Assembly: GCA_026391295.1 (NCBI GenBank)
Contig: JAPLDS010000042.1
Span: forward strand, 65,684 to 129,683
Reading direction: 5' to 3'
Source: Bacteroidia bacterium
GTDB taxonomy: Bacteria > Bacteroidota > Bacteroidia > Bacteroidales > Prolixibacteraceae
Length of the DNA: 64,000 bases
Made by a program: the position numbers and the translations under genes. Of this stretch, positions 34,980-43,273 are shown one piece after another (within the stretch, counting starts at the first letter, position 1; each line of letters opens with the position of its first letter). The notes under the pieces are model-generated. The model was not told where the DNA came from, searched no databases, and was given only the letters and a program-made list of their open reading frames with translations.

Positions 34980-36332
34980 ATGAAAAACGATTTAAAGAAT
35001 ATCAACAGAAGGAAATTTTTAGGTGCAAGCGTTTTAGCGGGCATTGGAGCAGCTAGCGCAAGTGCGATCCTCTCCTCTTGCGGTCCAAAAAAGCTAGATA
35101 ATTTAGCTTTAGGCTTGCCTCCAATTTTAAAAGGTGCCCCTAAAGGTAAAAAGCTCCGTGCAGGTCTTGTTGGAGCTGGAAACCGTGGAACAGGAGCAGC
35201 CATTAACTTTATCAGCGCTGGGCCTGACCTAGAGATTGTTGCAATCGCAGATGTTTTTCAAGATAAGATTGATAATTGTCGTAAACGATTTGCATCCTTC
35301 GACTTACCTATTCCAGCCGAAAATTGCTTCGTTGGATTTGATGGCTACAAAAAGTTAATGGCGATGCCTGATATTGATGTGGTAATCCTTGCTACTCCTC
35401 CACAATTTCGTCCTGAACATTTTGCTGAAGCGATCTTAAATAAAAAACATTGCTTTATCGAAAAACCGGTCTGCGTAGATCCTGTAGGTGCGCGACTAAT
35501 GATTGCCACATCTAAAAAAGCTGATGCACTCGGACTTTGCGTCGTAACCGGGACTCAACGACGACATCAAGAAGATTATATTGAGACGTACAAACAAGTT
35601 ATGAATGGTGCTATCGGTAAGATCGTTTCAGCCAAAGCATTCTGGAATCAAGAGCATGTTTGGTTTAGAACTCGTGAAGAGGGATGGAACGACATGGAAT
35701 ATATGATCCGAAATTGGAATAACTTTAGCTGGCTTTGTGGTGACTTTATCCTTGACACACACGTACACAATATCGATGTCATCAATTGGTTTATGGGTAA
35801 ACCACCAGAAAAAGCAATTGGCTATGGCGGTCGTGCACGCAGAGTCACTGGAGATCAATACGACTTTTTTAGCGTCGACTACGACTACGGGAATGGCGTA
35901 AGTTCTCATAGCATGTGTCGCGAATTAGATAGCTGTACTAATGGAACTGGCGAAGTAATCAATGGCACAGAAGGCTATACAAACTGTGTCAACACAATTT
36001 GGAATTTAGATGGAACAGTTAAATGGAAATTTGATTACCCAAAAGACGACAATGGAAATGCGATGACCACGTTAAAAATTTCGCCTTATGTGCAGGAACA
36101 TATGCACCTAGTATATGCCATCCGAACAGGTAATACTGTGAATCAAGCAGAAACTACTGCTATTTCAACGCTTACTGCAATCATGGGACGAACAGCCGCT
36201 TATACTGGTCAATTAATCACTTGGGAGGCGATGATGAAGTCAGATATGGATCTAGGACCGAAAAAAATAGAGTTCGGACCAGTGGATATGGTATTTCAGA
36301 CACCGATTCCTGGAACTGATCCGCACGTTTAA
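34980..36332 (+). CDS. Tat-exported Gfo/Idh/MocA family oxidoreductase (lipoprotein-type signal)
   Basis: NRRKFLGASVLAGIGAASASAILSSC. Rossmann region LRAGLVGAGNRG, then ATPPQFRPEH and IEKPV. 450 aa. Confidence 0.9.
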   Translation: MKNDLKNINRRKFLGASVLAGIGAASASAILSSCGPKKLDNLALGLPPILKGAPKGKKLRAGLVGAGNRGTGAAINFISAGPDLEIVAIADVFQDKIDNCRKRFASFDLPIPAENCFVGFDGYKKLMAMPDIDVVILATPPQFRPEHFAEAILNKKHCFIEKPVCVDPVGARLMIATSKKADALGLCVVTGTQRRHQEDYIETYKQVMNGAIGKIVSAKAFWNQEHVWFRTREEGWNDMEYMIRNWNNFSWLCGDFILDTHVHNIDVINWFMGKPPEKAIGYGGRARRVTGDQYDFFSVDYDYGNGVSSHSMCRELDSCTNGTGEVINGTEGYTNCVNTIWNLDGTVKWKFDYPKDDNGNAMTTLKISPYVQEHMHLVYAIRTGNTVNQAETTAISTLTAIMGRTAAYTGQLITWEAMMKSDMDLGPKKIEFGPVDMVFQTPIPGTDPHV

Positions 36333-36367
36333 TACCATTAACCGATTAACAACTAAAATCAACTGAC

Positions 36368-37684
36368 ATGTTAGACAAATCTACCAGAAGAGATTTTCTG
36401 AGACAATCAACGGCCATTGGAACTGGTGCTATCATTTTGCCTCAATTGATTCCCTCAACAGCATTAGGCATGGGCGGGAAAGTTGCCCCTAGCGATCGAA
36501 TTGTGATGGGATGTATCGGAACAGGATCTCAGGGTACTGGAAACCTTCGCGAATTCTTAAAAAATCACCTCGACAGAGTGCAGTTTATTGCAATCTGCGA
36601 CGTCGATGCAAAGCATGCAGCAAATGCAAAAGGAGTGATCGACACCGCAAATAAAAATAGCGACTGCAAAGCTTATGGCGACTACCGTGAGTTCCTTGAA
36701 AAAGAAAAACTTGACGGAGTATCAATTGCTTTACCTGACCACTGGCATGGCTTGATCTATACTGCAGCAGCAAATAAAAAATTAGACGTTTATGGCGAAA
36801 AGCCTTTGGCACGTACAATTCATGACGGACAAGCCATTGTTAGCGCAGCCAAAAGAAACAATATTGTTTGGCAGACTGGCAGCTGGCAACGATCTCGTGA
36901 AAACTTCAGACGTGGTGCTGAACTAGCCGTAAATGGCCGAGTTGGAAAAGTTACACGCGTTGAAGTAGGTCTTCCAAACGGAAACAGAGGCGTTGGAACA
37001 CCTCCAATTAAAGAGGTTCCAGCTGAACTTAACTGGGAAATGTGGCTAGGTCCAGCATTGAAAGTCCCTTACCGTGGTATTAGCCACTGGGACTGGCGTT
37101 GGATCTTAGACTACTCTGGGGGACAACTTACAGACTGGTCGGGTCACCATATTGATATCGCACAATGGGGTATTGGAATGGAACGCTCTGGCCCTATTGA
37201 GATCGCAGGAGAAGCTGTATATCCAACCGATGGAATCTACAATGCTCCTGTTGAGTATGATTTTCTTTGTAAATATGCCAATGGTATTGAGATGCGCGTA
37301 GCCAATGAGGCTCGTATTGAAAAAGGTGCCGGAGCAACTTGGTATGGCGATAAAGGCTGGATCCATGTCAACAGAGGGAATACACTAACTGCTTCTGACC
37401 CAAAAATTCTTGAAGAAGTTATCGCCGATAATGAGATTCACCTCTATAAAAGCACAGACCATATTGGAAACTTCTTGGACTGCGTAAAATCACGCGGCGA
37501 AACTGTAGCACCTGTTGATATCGCACATCGCTCAATATCTGTCGGACTACTTGGAGAAATTGCAATGTCTACCGGACAAAAAATTCAATGGGACCCCGTA
37601 AAACAAGAGATCATTGGAAACCCAAAAGCGAGCCGTTTGCTAACTCGTCCATACCGTCAACCTTGGAATGTACCAACCATTTAA
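36368..37684 (+). CDS. Tat-exported Gfo/Idh/MocA family oxidoreductase
   Basis: STRRDFLRQSTAIGTGAII. Rossmann region VMGCIGTGSQG, then LPDHWH and GEKPL. 438 aa. Confidence 0.9.
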   Translation: MLDKSTRRDFLRQSTAIGTGAIILPQLIPSTALGMGGKVAPSDRIVMGCIGTGSQGTGNLREFLKNHLDRVQFIAICDVDAKHAANAKGVIDTANKNSDCKAYGDYREFLEKEKLDGVSIALPDHWHGLIYTAAANKKLDVYGEKPLARTIHDGQAIVSAAKRNNIVWQTGSWQRSRENFRRGAELAVNGRVGKVTRVEVGLPNGNRGVGTPPIKEVPAELNWEMWLGPALKVPYRGISHWDWRWILDYSGGQLTDWSGHHIDIAQWGIGMERSGPIEIAGEAVYPTDGIYNAPVEYDFLCKYANGIEMRVANEARIEKGAGATWYGDKGWIHVNRGNTLTASDPKILEEVIADNEIHLYKSTDHIGNFLDCVKSRGETVAPVDIAHRSISVGLLGEIAMSTGQKIQWDPVKQEIIGNPKASRLLTRPYRQPWNVPTI

Positions 37685-37696
37685 TCTAAAACTGTA

Positions 37697-38908
37697 ATGA
37701 AAAAATTAGTTAAATATCTATTTGTATTCGTCGCATTAGTCGTTGTATTGACTTCGTGCACTGGCGGGGCTTCATACAAAGCATTAATTATCACAGGGCA
37801 AAATAACCATAATTGGAAATCTAGTTCCCCGATCCTAAAAGAGGTGCTTTTGCAAACCGGCTTATTTACTGCTGAGATTGCAAAAAGCCCGGAAAAGGGA
37901 GGCGATATGAACTCCTTTAATCCCGATTTCTCGAAGTATAACGTAGTCATTATTGATTACAATGGAGAATCTTGGTCTGAAAAAACCAAGGCTGCATTCG
38001 TTGAATATGTAAAGAATGGTGGAGGCGTAGTCTCTTATCATGCTGGAGATAATTCATTCCCTGATTGGAAAGAATACAACGAAATGATCGGCCTAGGCGG
38101 ATGGGGAGGCAGGTCTCAAAAAGATGGACCTTATGTTTACTTCAAAGGTGATAAAATGGTCATCGACACTGCAGCAGGAAGTGGAGGAGCTCATGGTAAA
38201 AGACATGAATTCGAAATCAAAGCTCGCAATGTTGAACATCCAATCTTAAAAGGGCTTCCTCAACGATGGATACATGGAACCGATGAATTGTACGCTAAGC
38301 TGCGTGGACCAGGTAAAAATATGGAAATCATCGCAACTGCATATTCAGACACAGCGAAGGGTGGTACAGGCAGAAGCGAACCGATCCTAATGGTTATCAA
38401 CTACGGTAAAGGAAGAATATTCCATACGACCTTAGGTCATCCTGATAAAGAAGGGGGTCCAGCGTTACAATGTGTTGGATTCATAACTACCTTCCAAAGA
38501 GGTGCTGAATGGGCTGCATCAGGAAAAGTAACACAAAAAATACCGTATGATTTCCCAACCGCTGCAGGTTCATCATACCGCCTTGACTACAAAGAACTGA
38601 CGCTAGAAGAGGATCTTAATAAAATATCACAGTACGATATCACAAAGAGCACAAAATACTTTACCGACTTACAAACTCGTATTCGCAAAGAATCAAAAAC
38701 AGCTGATGACTTTGCAAAATTCGAAAAAGCAATGGTAAAAGTACTTGAGAATTCAAGCGCTAGTGATGACGGCAAAAAATTACTTCTTCGCGAACTAAGC
38801 TGGATGGGATCAGACATTAGTGTCTCAGCAATTAAAGAACTTGCGAAGAATCCAAATCTAAAAGATGAGGCGGAGTTTGCATTAGCTCGCCTAAGTCCTT
38901 CAAAATAA
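37697..38908 (+). CDS. ThuA-like domain lipoprotein with C-terminal HEAT-like repeat tail
   Basis: Lipobox VVLTSC. ThuA motifs are YKALIITGQNNHNWKSSSP, GGGVVSYHAGDNSF and TTLGHPD. The helical tail is LLLRELSWMGSDISVSAIKELAKNPNLKDEAEFALARL. Confidence 0.8.
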   Translation: MKKLVKYLFVFVALVVVLTSCTGGASYKALIITGQNNHNWKSSSPILKEVLLQTGLFTAEIAKSPEKGGDMNSFNPDFSKYNVVIIDYNGESWSEKTKAAFVEYVKNGGGVVSYHAGDNSFPDWKEYNEMIGLGGWGGRSQKDGPYVYFKGDKMVIDTAAGSGGAHGKRHEFEIKARNVEHPILKGLPQRWIHGTDELYAKLRGPGKNMEIIATAYSDTAKGGTGRSEPILMVINYGKGRIFHTTLGHPDKEGGPALQCVGFITTFQRGAEWAASGKVTQKIPYDFPTAAGSSYRLDYKELTLEEDLNKISQYDITKSTKYFTDLQTRIRKESKTADDFAKFEKAMVKVLENSSASDDGKKLLLRELSWMGSDISVSAIKELAKNPNLKDEAEFALARLSPSK

Positions 38909-38974
38909 TCTGATACAGACGAGACGAGAAACTAGACTTTAGTTTTAATAATCGTATAAATTTTACTAAAATAG

Positions 38975-39003
38975 CCTCAGTTTTTTACTGGGGTTATTTT
39001 ATT
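38975..39003 (+). terminator. rho-independent terminator of the cytochrome/Gfo/ThuA operon
   Basis: cctcag (38975-38980), 7-nt loop, ctgggg (38988-38993) with one G-U pair, followed by ttattttattt. Confidence 0.6.
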
Positions 39004-39062
39004 TATATCCGAAGATATTAATGTAAATTTACCCCTAATTGCCGACCTAACTATTTAAGGAT

Positions 39063-39991
39063 ATGCTTTCAATTGTCATCCCAATCTACAACGAAGAGAA
39101 GCTGATCGCCGAATTGGTGAAAAGAACTCATGCTGCATTAACAACATTCACCTCTAATTTTGAGATCATTGTTGTTGACGATGGCAGTGAAGATGATAGC
39201 TTAAAACACTTGCATGCATCTCCGGTGCAATCTCCCGAAAAATCGTCGCCCTATCTCGAAATTTTGGCCACCAAGCGGCCTACACAGCCGGACTAGAATA
39301 TGCCTCAGGCGAGTTCATTGGCATGATGGATGGGGACATGCAAGATCCACCTGAATTATTTGCAGAGATGTATCGCAAAATTCAGGAGGAAGGATTTGAT
39401 GTGATCAGTGCAAAAAGAACTGGTCGCAAAGGGAGTAACAGCCGCAACCTTCTAACCTTTATATTTCATCGCATTTTTAGGAATATCGCTGTGCTAAAGA
39501 ATATGGAAAATACCGGCAACTTTTCCATGATGACCAGGGAGGCCCTAACAGCCTTACTGTCCTTAAAAGAGAAGATCAGGTACCTGCCAGGACTTCGAAC
39601 ATTTATTGGATTTAAACAAGGCTATGTTGAATTTATTCGCGAAGATAGACTCAGCGGAGAGCCTAAAATGAGCTTGTCGAAGCTTTTCACACTTGCTGCC
39701 GATGCGATCTTCTCGTTCTCGAAACTGCCCATTCGGATGTGCTTAATTCTTGGACTGATCGGAACCTTCGTGTTTATGTGTGCGGGGGCGTATGTACTAT
39801 TTGCTAAAATAATGGGATTTGCCATTGCTGGATGGCCCTCAACAATGCTCAGCATCTACTTCTTAGGATCTATTCAACTGGTAGCACTCGGAATAGTTGG
39901 AGAATATGTCTATCGTATTTATAAAGAATCACAGGAGAGACCACTCTATTTTGTGAAGAAAATCTATGATGGAACTTCAGTGAAAAAATGA
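39063..39991 (+). pseudogene. GT2 polyprenol-phosphate glycosyltransferase (GtrB/ArnC/DPM1-like), interrupted by a -1 frameshift at an A5 tract
   Basis: ORF 39063-39296 gives LSIVIPIYNEEK and IIVVDDGSEDDS. The next frame continues IVALSRNFGHQAAYTAGLEYASGEFIGMMDGDMQDPPE and runs to two C-terminal TM helices. The frames overlap only in 39200-39296. One extra A in the run 39238-39242 would restore a single 309-codon ORF. Confidence 0.8.
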
Positions 39992-42048
39992 TTCAGAAAA
40001 ATCTGAAATACCTATTTCTCGGCTTATCAGCTCTTCTGCTAATTTTTATGCTAAAGAGCTCAGCTGATGCTGGGATATCAGGAGACGAATACCTCCATTA
40101 CGATCAGTCGAAAGCCGTTTATAACTATTTTGCCACCCTTGGCAAAGACTCTTCCGCGGTCAATACCCCTACTACTCATCTCAAATATTACGGTCAATCA
40201 TTCGATAATGCTACAACAATTTTAATCAAATGGTTCAATATCAAAGAGGTCTTTTTATTTCGTCATATAGCCTGTGCTTTAGCTGGTTGGCTGACCGTTC
40301 TTATAACAGCCCTATTTGCCATATGGCTTTCTGGATATGGATCCGCAATCCTTGTGATTTTACTCTTTGCAGCTTCTCCAACTTTCCTTGGGCACGCGCA
40401 AAACAACCTAAAAGATATACCTTTTGCACTAAGTTATATCGCAGCCTTGTTTTTTATGTCCCGCTTTCTGCTTCATCGAATTAGACGCAAGGAGGTAATT
40501 CTGCTAATTGCAAGTATCGCCTTCTCGATAAGTATACGATCTGGCGGACTCATCCTAATCTGTTTTCTATTCCTATTCCTGGCTGTCTCATACTTCTATG
40601 ATCTTCAACAAAACAAACAAATCGATTATAGGGCCTTTAAGGAGCGGTTTATCTATGCAATAGGCATAAGTCTGCTCTCGCTCTTGTTTAGTATCGTTTT
40701 ATGGCCCTATGCGCTTCATAATCCATTCCATAATATCTGGGAATCATATAAGGTGATGACCCAATTCCCGACCACGGTTATGCAGATCTTTGAAGGAAAA
40801 TCAGAATGGTCGGATTTAATGCCTTGGTACTATTTGCCAAAATACATGATTATTACCATTCCATTAATCGTCTTAACAGGTATTTTGGGATTTCTTATTC
40901 TTGCCCGGAAAATCGTGGATAAAAGCAATCTCCTCACCTATGGTATTATCCTCTTTTCGATCTTGTTTCCCATCGTATTTGTAATCTATGAGCATTCAAA
41001 TCTATATGGATCTTGGCGACATTTCACGTTTGTCTATCCGTCGCTCATCTTACTGGCTTCAATCGGCCTTTTAAATGCCTATGCAAGGATAAAGCACTAC
41101 TTCATAAAAATAGCATTTGCGTTAGCATTCATCGGATTATCATGGCATCCAATTCAATATATGGTGAAAAATCATCCCTACCTATACCTGTATTACAATC
41201 CCATAGTTGGTGGACTGCATGGTGCATATGGGAATTATGAAACAGATTACTACTACCATTCCATGCGTGAAGGATCGACCTGGCTTAACGAATATCTGCA
41301 AAAGAATAAGGAGGTAGGTCCTTTGAAAATAGCCTCTAATTTCTCCGTAAGCTGGTACTTCCGTGATCAACCATTGATATCAACATACTATTGCCAATAT
41401 GATGCAAGAAGTCAGTATGATTGGGACTATATGGTTGTTGCCAACAGTTATGTCTCTGCAAACCTATTGCAAACCAAAGTCTGGCCCCCAAAAGAAGCAA
41501 TACATACGATATATGCAGATGGAATTCCAATCTGCACAGTTCTAAAAAGAGCGACCAAGCTCGACTTTTACGGAACTGAATTGTTAAAAAAAGGAAATTT
41601 TGTCGAATCGGCTAAAATATTTGCTGATGCGCTAAAAATAAATGCACAAGATGAATTAATCTTTTATAATTTTGCCTCGGCTTTAGCGGGTCAAGGCAAG
41701 TTAGATAGTGCAAAAATAGCGCTTCACTCAGCCCTGGCCATCAACCCTCGATACGAGCCTGTCTTGATGTATCTTGGAAATATAGCAGTAGAGCAAAATA
41801 AACCAGAAGAGGCAGAGCGTTATTATAAACCATTATTAGGATATAACCCTAAATATTCGGAGGCCTATGTAAGCCTTGCAAATATTAGAATGAAAACTAA
41901 TTTGGCTGAAGCAAGAAGTTTATTGAAAGATTGTTTAATTCTGGACCCTAGATATATCCCAGCTGTTAGAGCATTGGCTGAGACCTATCGGAAGTCAAAT
42001 CCAGAAGTGGCAAAGAAGTATGATGAGTTAGCAAATTCTTATAAATAA
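39988..42048 (+). CDS. GT-C fold membrane glycosyltransferase (ArnT/PMT-like) with C-terminal TPR repeats
   Basis: Roughly a dozen TM helices by eye, with an acidic first-loop motif (SGDEYLHYD). At least four C-terminal TPR-like repeats (AKIFADALKINAQDE, ALAINPRYEPVLMYLGN, NPKYSEAYVSLANI). Its ATG overlaps the GT2 stop (ATGA). Confidence 0.78.
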   Translation: MIQKNLKYLFLGLSALLLIFMLKSSADAGISGDEYLHYDQSKAVYNYFATLGKDSSAVNTPTTHLKYYGQSFDNATTILIKWFNIKEVFLFRHIACALAGWLTVLITALFAIWLSGYGSAILVILLFAASPTFLGHAQNNLKDIPFALSYIAALFFMSRFLLHRIRRKEVILLIASIAFSISIRSGGLILICFLFLFLAVSYFYDLQQNKQIDYRAFKERFIYAIGISLLSLLFSIVLWPYALHNPFHNIWESYKVMTQFPTTVMQIFEGKSEWSDLMPWYYLPKYMIITIPLIVLTGILGFLILARKIVDKSNLLTYGIILFSILFPIVFVIYEHSNLYGSWRHFTFVYPSLILLASIGLLNAYARIKHYFIKIAFALAFIGLSWHPIQYMVKNHPYLYLYYNPIVGGLHGAYGNYETDYYYHSMREGSTWLNEYLQKNKEVGPLKIASNFSVSWYFRDQPLISTYYCQYDARSQYDWDYMVVANSYVSANLLQTKVWPPKEAIHTIYADGIPICTVLKRATKLDFYGTELLKKGNFVESAKIFADALKINAQDELIFYNFASALAGQGKLDSAKIALHSALAINPRYEPVLMYLGNIAVEQNKPEEAERYYKPLLGYNPKYSEAYVSLANIRMKTNLAEARSLLKDCLILDPRYIPAVRALAETYRKSNPEVAKKYDELANSYK

Positions 42049-42063
42049 ATTAATAATTAGAGT

Positions 42064-42315
42064 ATGAAAAAGTCAATCTTAATGTTTACAATGACAGGAG
42101 TTTTATTCCTGGGTAGTTTAGGTCTTGCACTGGCACAGCCAGCTACTAAAAAAGACTCAGTTAATGCAGATAAAGCAGCAAAACCTGTTTTCTACAATGC
42201 AGCAGCTGAAGAAGAAAAACCAAAATCTGAAGGTGGTTCAAATATCGCTTTAATTGGTGGCGCAGTTGTTGTTCTTGGAGCTGCAATTTATTTTCTGACT
42301 AAGAAAAAGAAATAA
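42064..42315 (+). CDS. small exported protein with low-complexity region and C-terminal TM anchor plus poly-Lys tail (83 aa)
   Basis: Signal MKKSILMFTMTGVLFLGSLGLALAQ, then PATKKDSVNADKAAKPVFYNAAAEEEKPKSEGGSN, then IALIGGAVVVLGAAIYFLTKKKK. It starts 15 nt after the GT-C gene and is followed by a strong terminator. Confidence 0.55.
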   Translation: MKKSILMFTMTGVLFLGSLGLALAQPATKKDSVNADKAAKPVFYNAAAEEEKPKSEGGSNIALIGGAVVVLGAAIYFLTKKKK

Positions 42316-42336
42316 ATAACCTGAATAACCTACAAC

Positions 42337-42371
42337 AAAAAGAATCGACTGTATTACAGTCGATTCTTTTT
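42337..42371. terminator. bidirectional rho-independent terminator
   Basis: An A-run, then agaatcgactg (42341-42351), loop tatta, cagtcgattct (42357-42367), then a T-run. It lies between convergent genes. Confidence 0.85.
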
Positions 42372-42403
42372 GTTTAATGCAGCCTTCTAGTAGAGGTCCT
42401 CAA

Positions 42404-43081
42404 TCAGAACGTTAGCTCTAACATATTTTTATAAACCCGGTCGGCACCCGAATCCCATAATACTTGATCATCAAGAATTCCGGTATTTACAGCAATGGTA
42501 AAAATACCAGCTCCCTTTGCCGACTGAATACCAAGAGGTGCATTCTCAATAACAACAACTTCATGACTAGCCAGTCCCGACCTTTTAAGTGCCATCAGGT
42601 AGGGCTCAGGATGCGGTTTCCCATGCTGAACATCCTGTCCGTTAATAATCCTTGATTTATCAACATAGCCCGAGAAATCCTCTAATAATGCATTTAAAAA
42701 CTTATCCTGCGAAGAACCAGTAACCACCCAAATAGATACCGACTTTTCAGAAAGTTCTTTCATTAAAGCTAGTGCCCCATCAAAAGCGACCGCATCCGGA
42801 AAGTCGGCAATTATCTCTGTCTTTTTAAAATAGATCTGCTCTATTTCTTGTTCTGTTGCATCTCTATTTTTTTCTTGCTGAAAAACTAAATTAATCGTTG
42901 ACTGAGCCGTTCGTCCTTCATTTCGATAGACCATCTCCGGAGAAAAATCAAAACCAAAAAAGTGAAAAGCTAGGTTCCACGCATCAGCATGAGCACCCAT
43001 TGAATCATAAAGTACTCCATCCATATCAAAAAATACCCCCTTAATAGGATCCGGCAAAACAGGCAAGCCATTGTTAATCAT
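42404..43081 (-). CDS. HAD-IA family hydrolase (beta-phosphoglucomutase-like)
   Basis: Motif I FFDMDGVLYDS, motif II VVTGS, motif III/IV KPHPEPY and VIENAPLGIQSAKGAG. Confidence 0.85.
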   Translation of the reverse strand: MINNGLPVLPDPIKGVFFDMDGVLYDSMGAHADAWNLAFHFFGFDFSPEMVYRNEGRTAQSTINLVFQQEKNRDATEQEIEQIYFKKTEIIADFPDAVAFDGALALMKELSEKSVSIWVVTGSSQDKFLNALLEDFSGYVDKSRIINGQDVQHGKPHPEPYLMALKRSGLASHEVVVIENAPLGIQSAKGAGIFTIAVNTGILDDQVLWDSGADRVYKNMLELTF

Positions 43082-43273
43082 AACTTTATATGCTAAATGC
43101 GACTATTGAAATATACAAATTGTAAATATTAACTTTAAACTCTGATAATAAGCTTGCGAAGTTCTCAAAAAAAATCACAATTCAAGATCAAAAAATCGAT
43201 CTCGATTGTTATTTAAGAAATAGTATTATCTCCTATTTCACATAGAGGACAAGGAGGATTACAACAAAATAGA

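Noticed and set aside
34961-35203. 80-aa minus-strand ORF, and also 37681-37950 on the minus strand
   Set aside because: Both are antisense to the signal-peptide regions of well-supported Gfo and ThuA genes, so they are shadow ORFs.
43082-43273. Possible SAM or cobalamin riboswitch upstream of metH
   Set aside because: I could not recognise a B12-box-like core or SAM-I/SAM-II conserved helices. The region is AT-rich without convincing nested stems, so I make no call.
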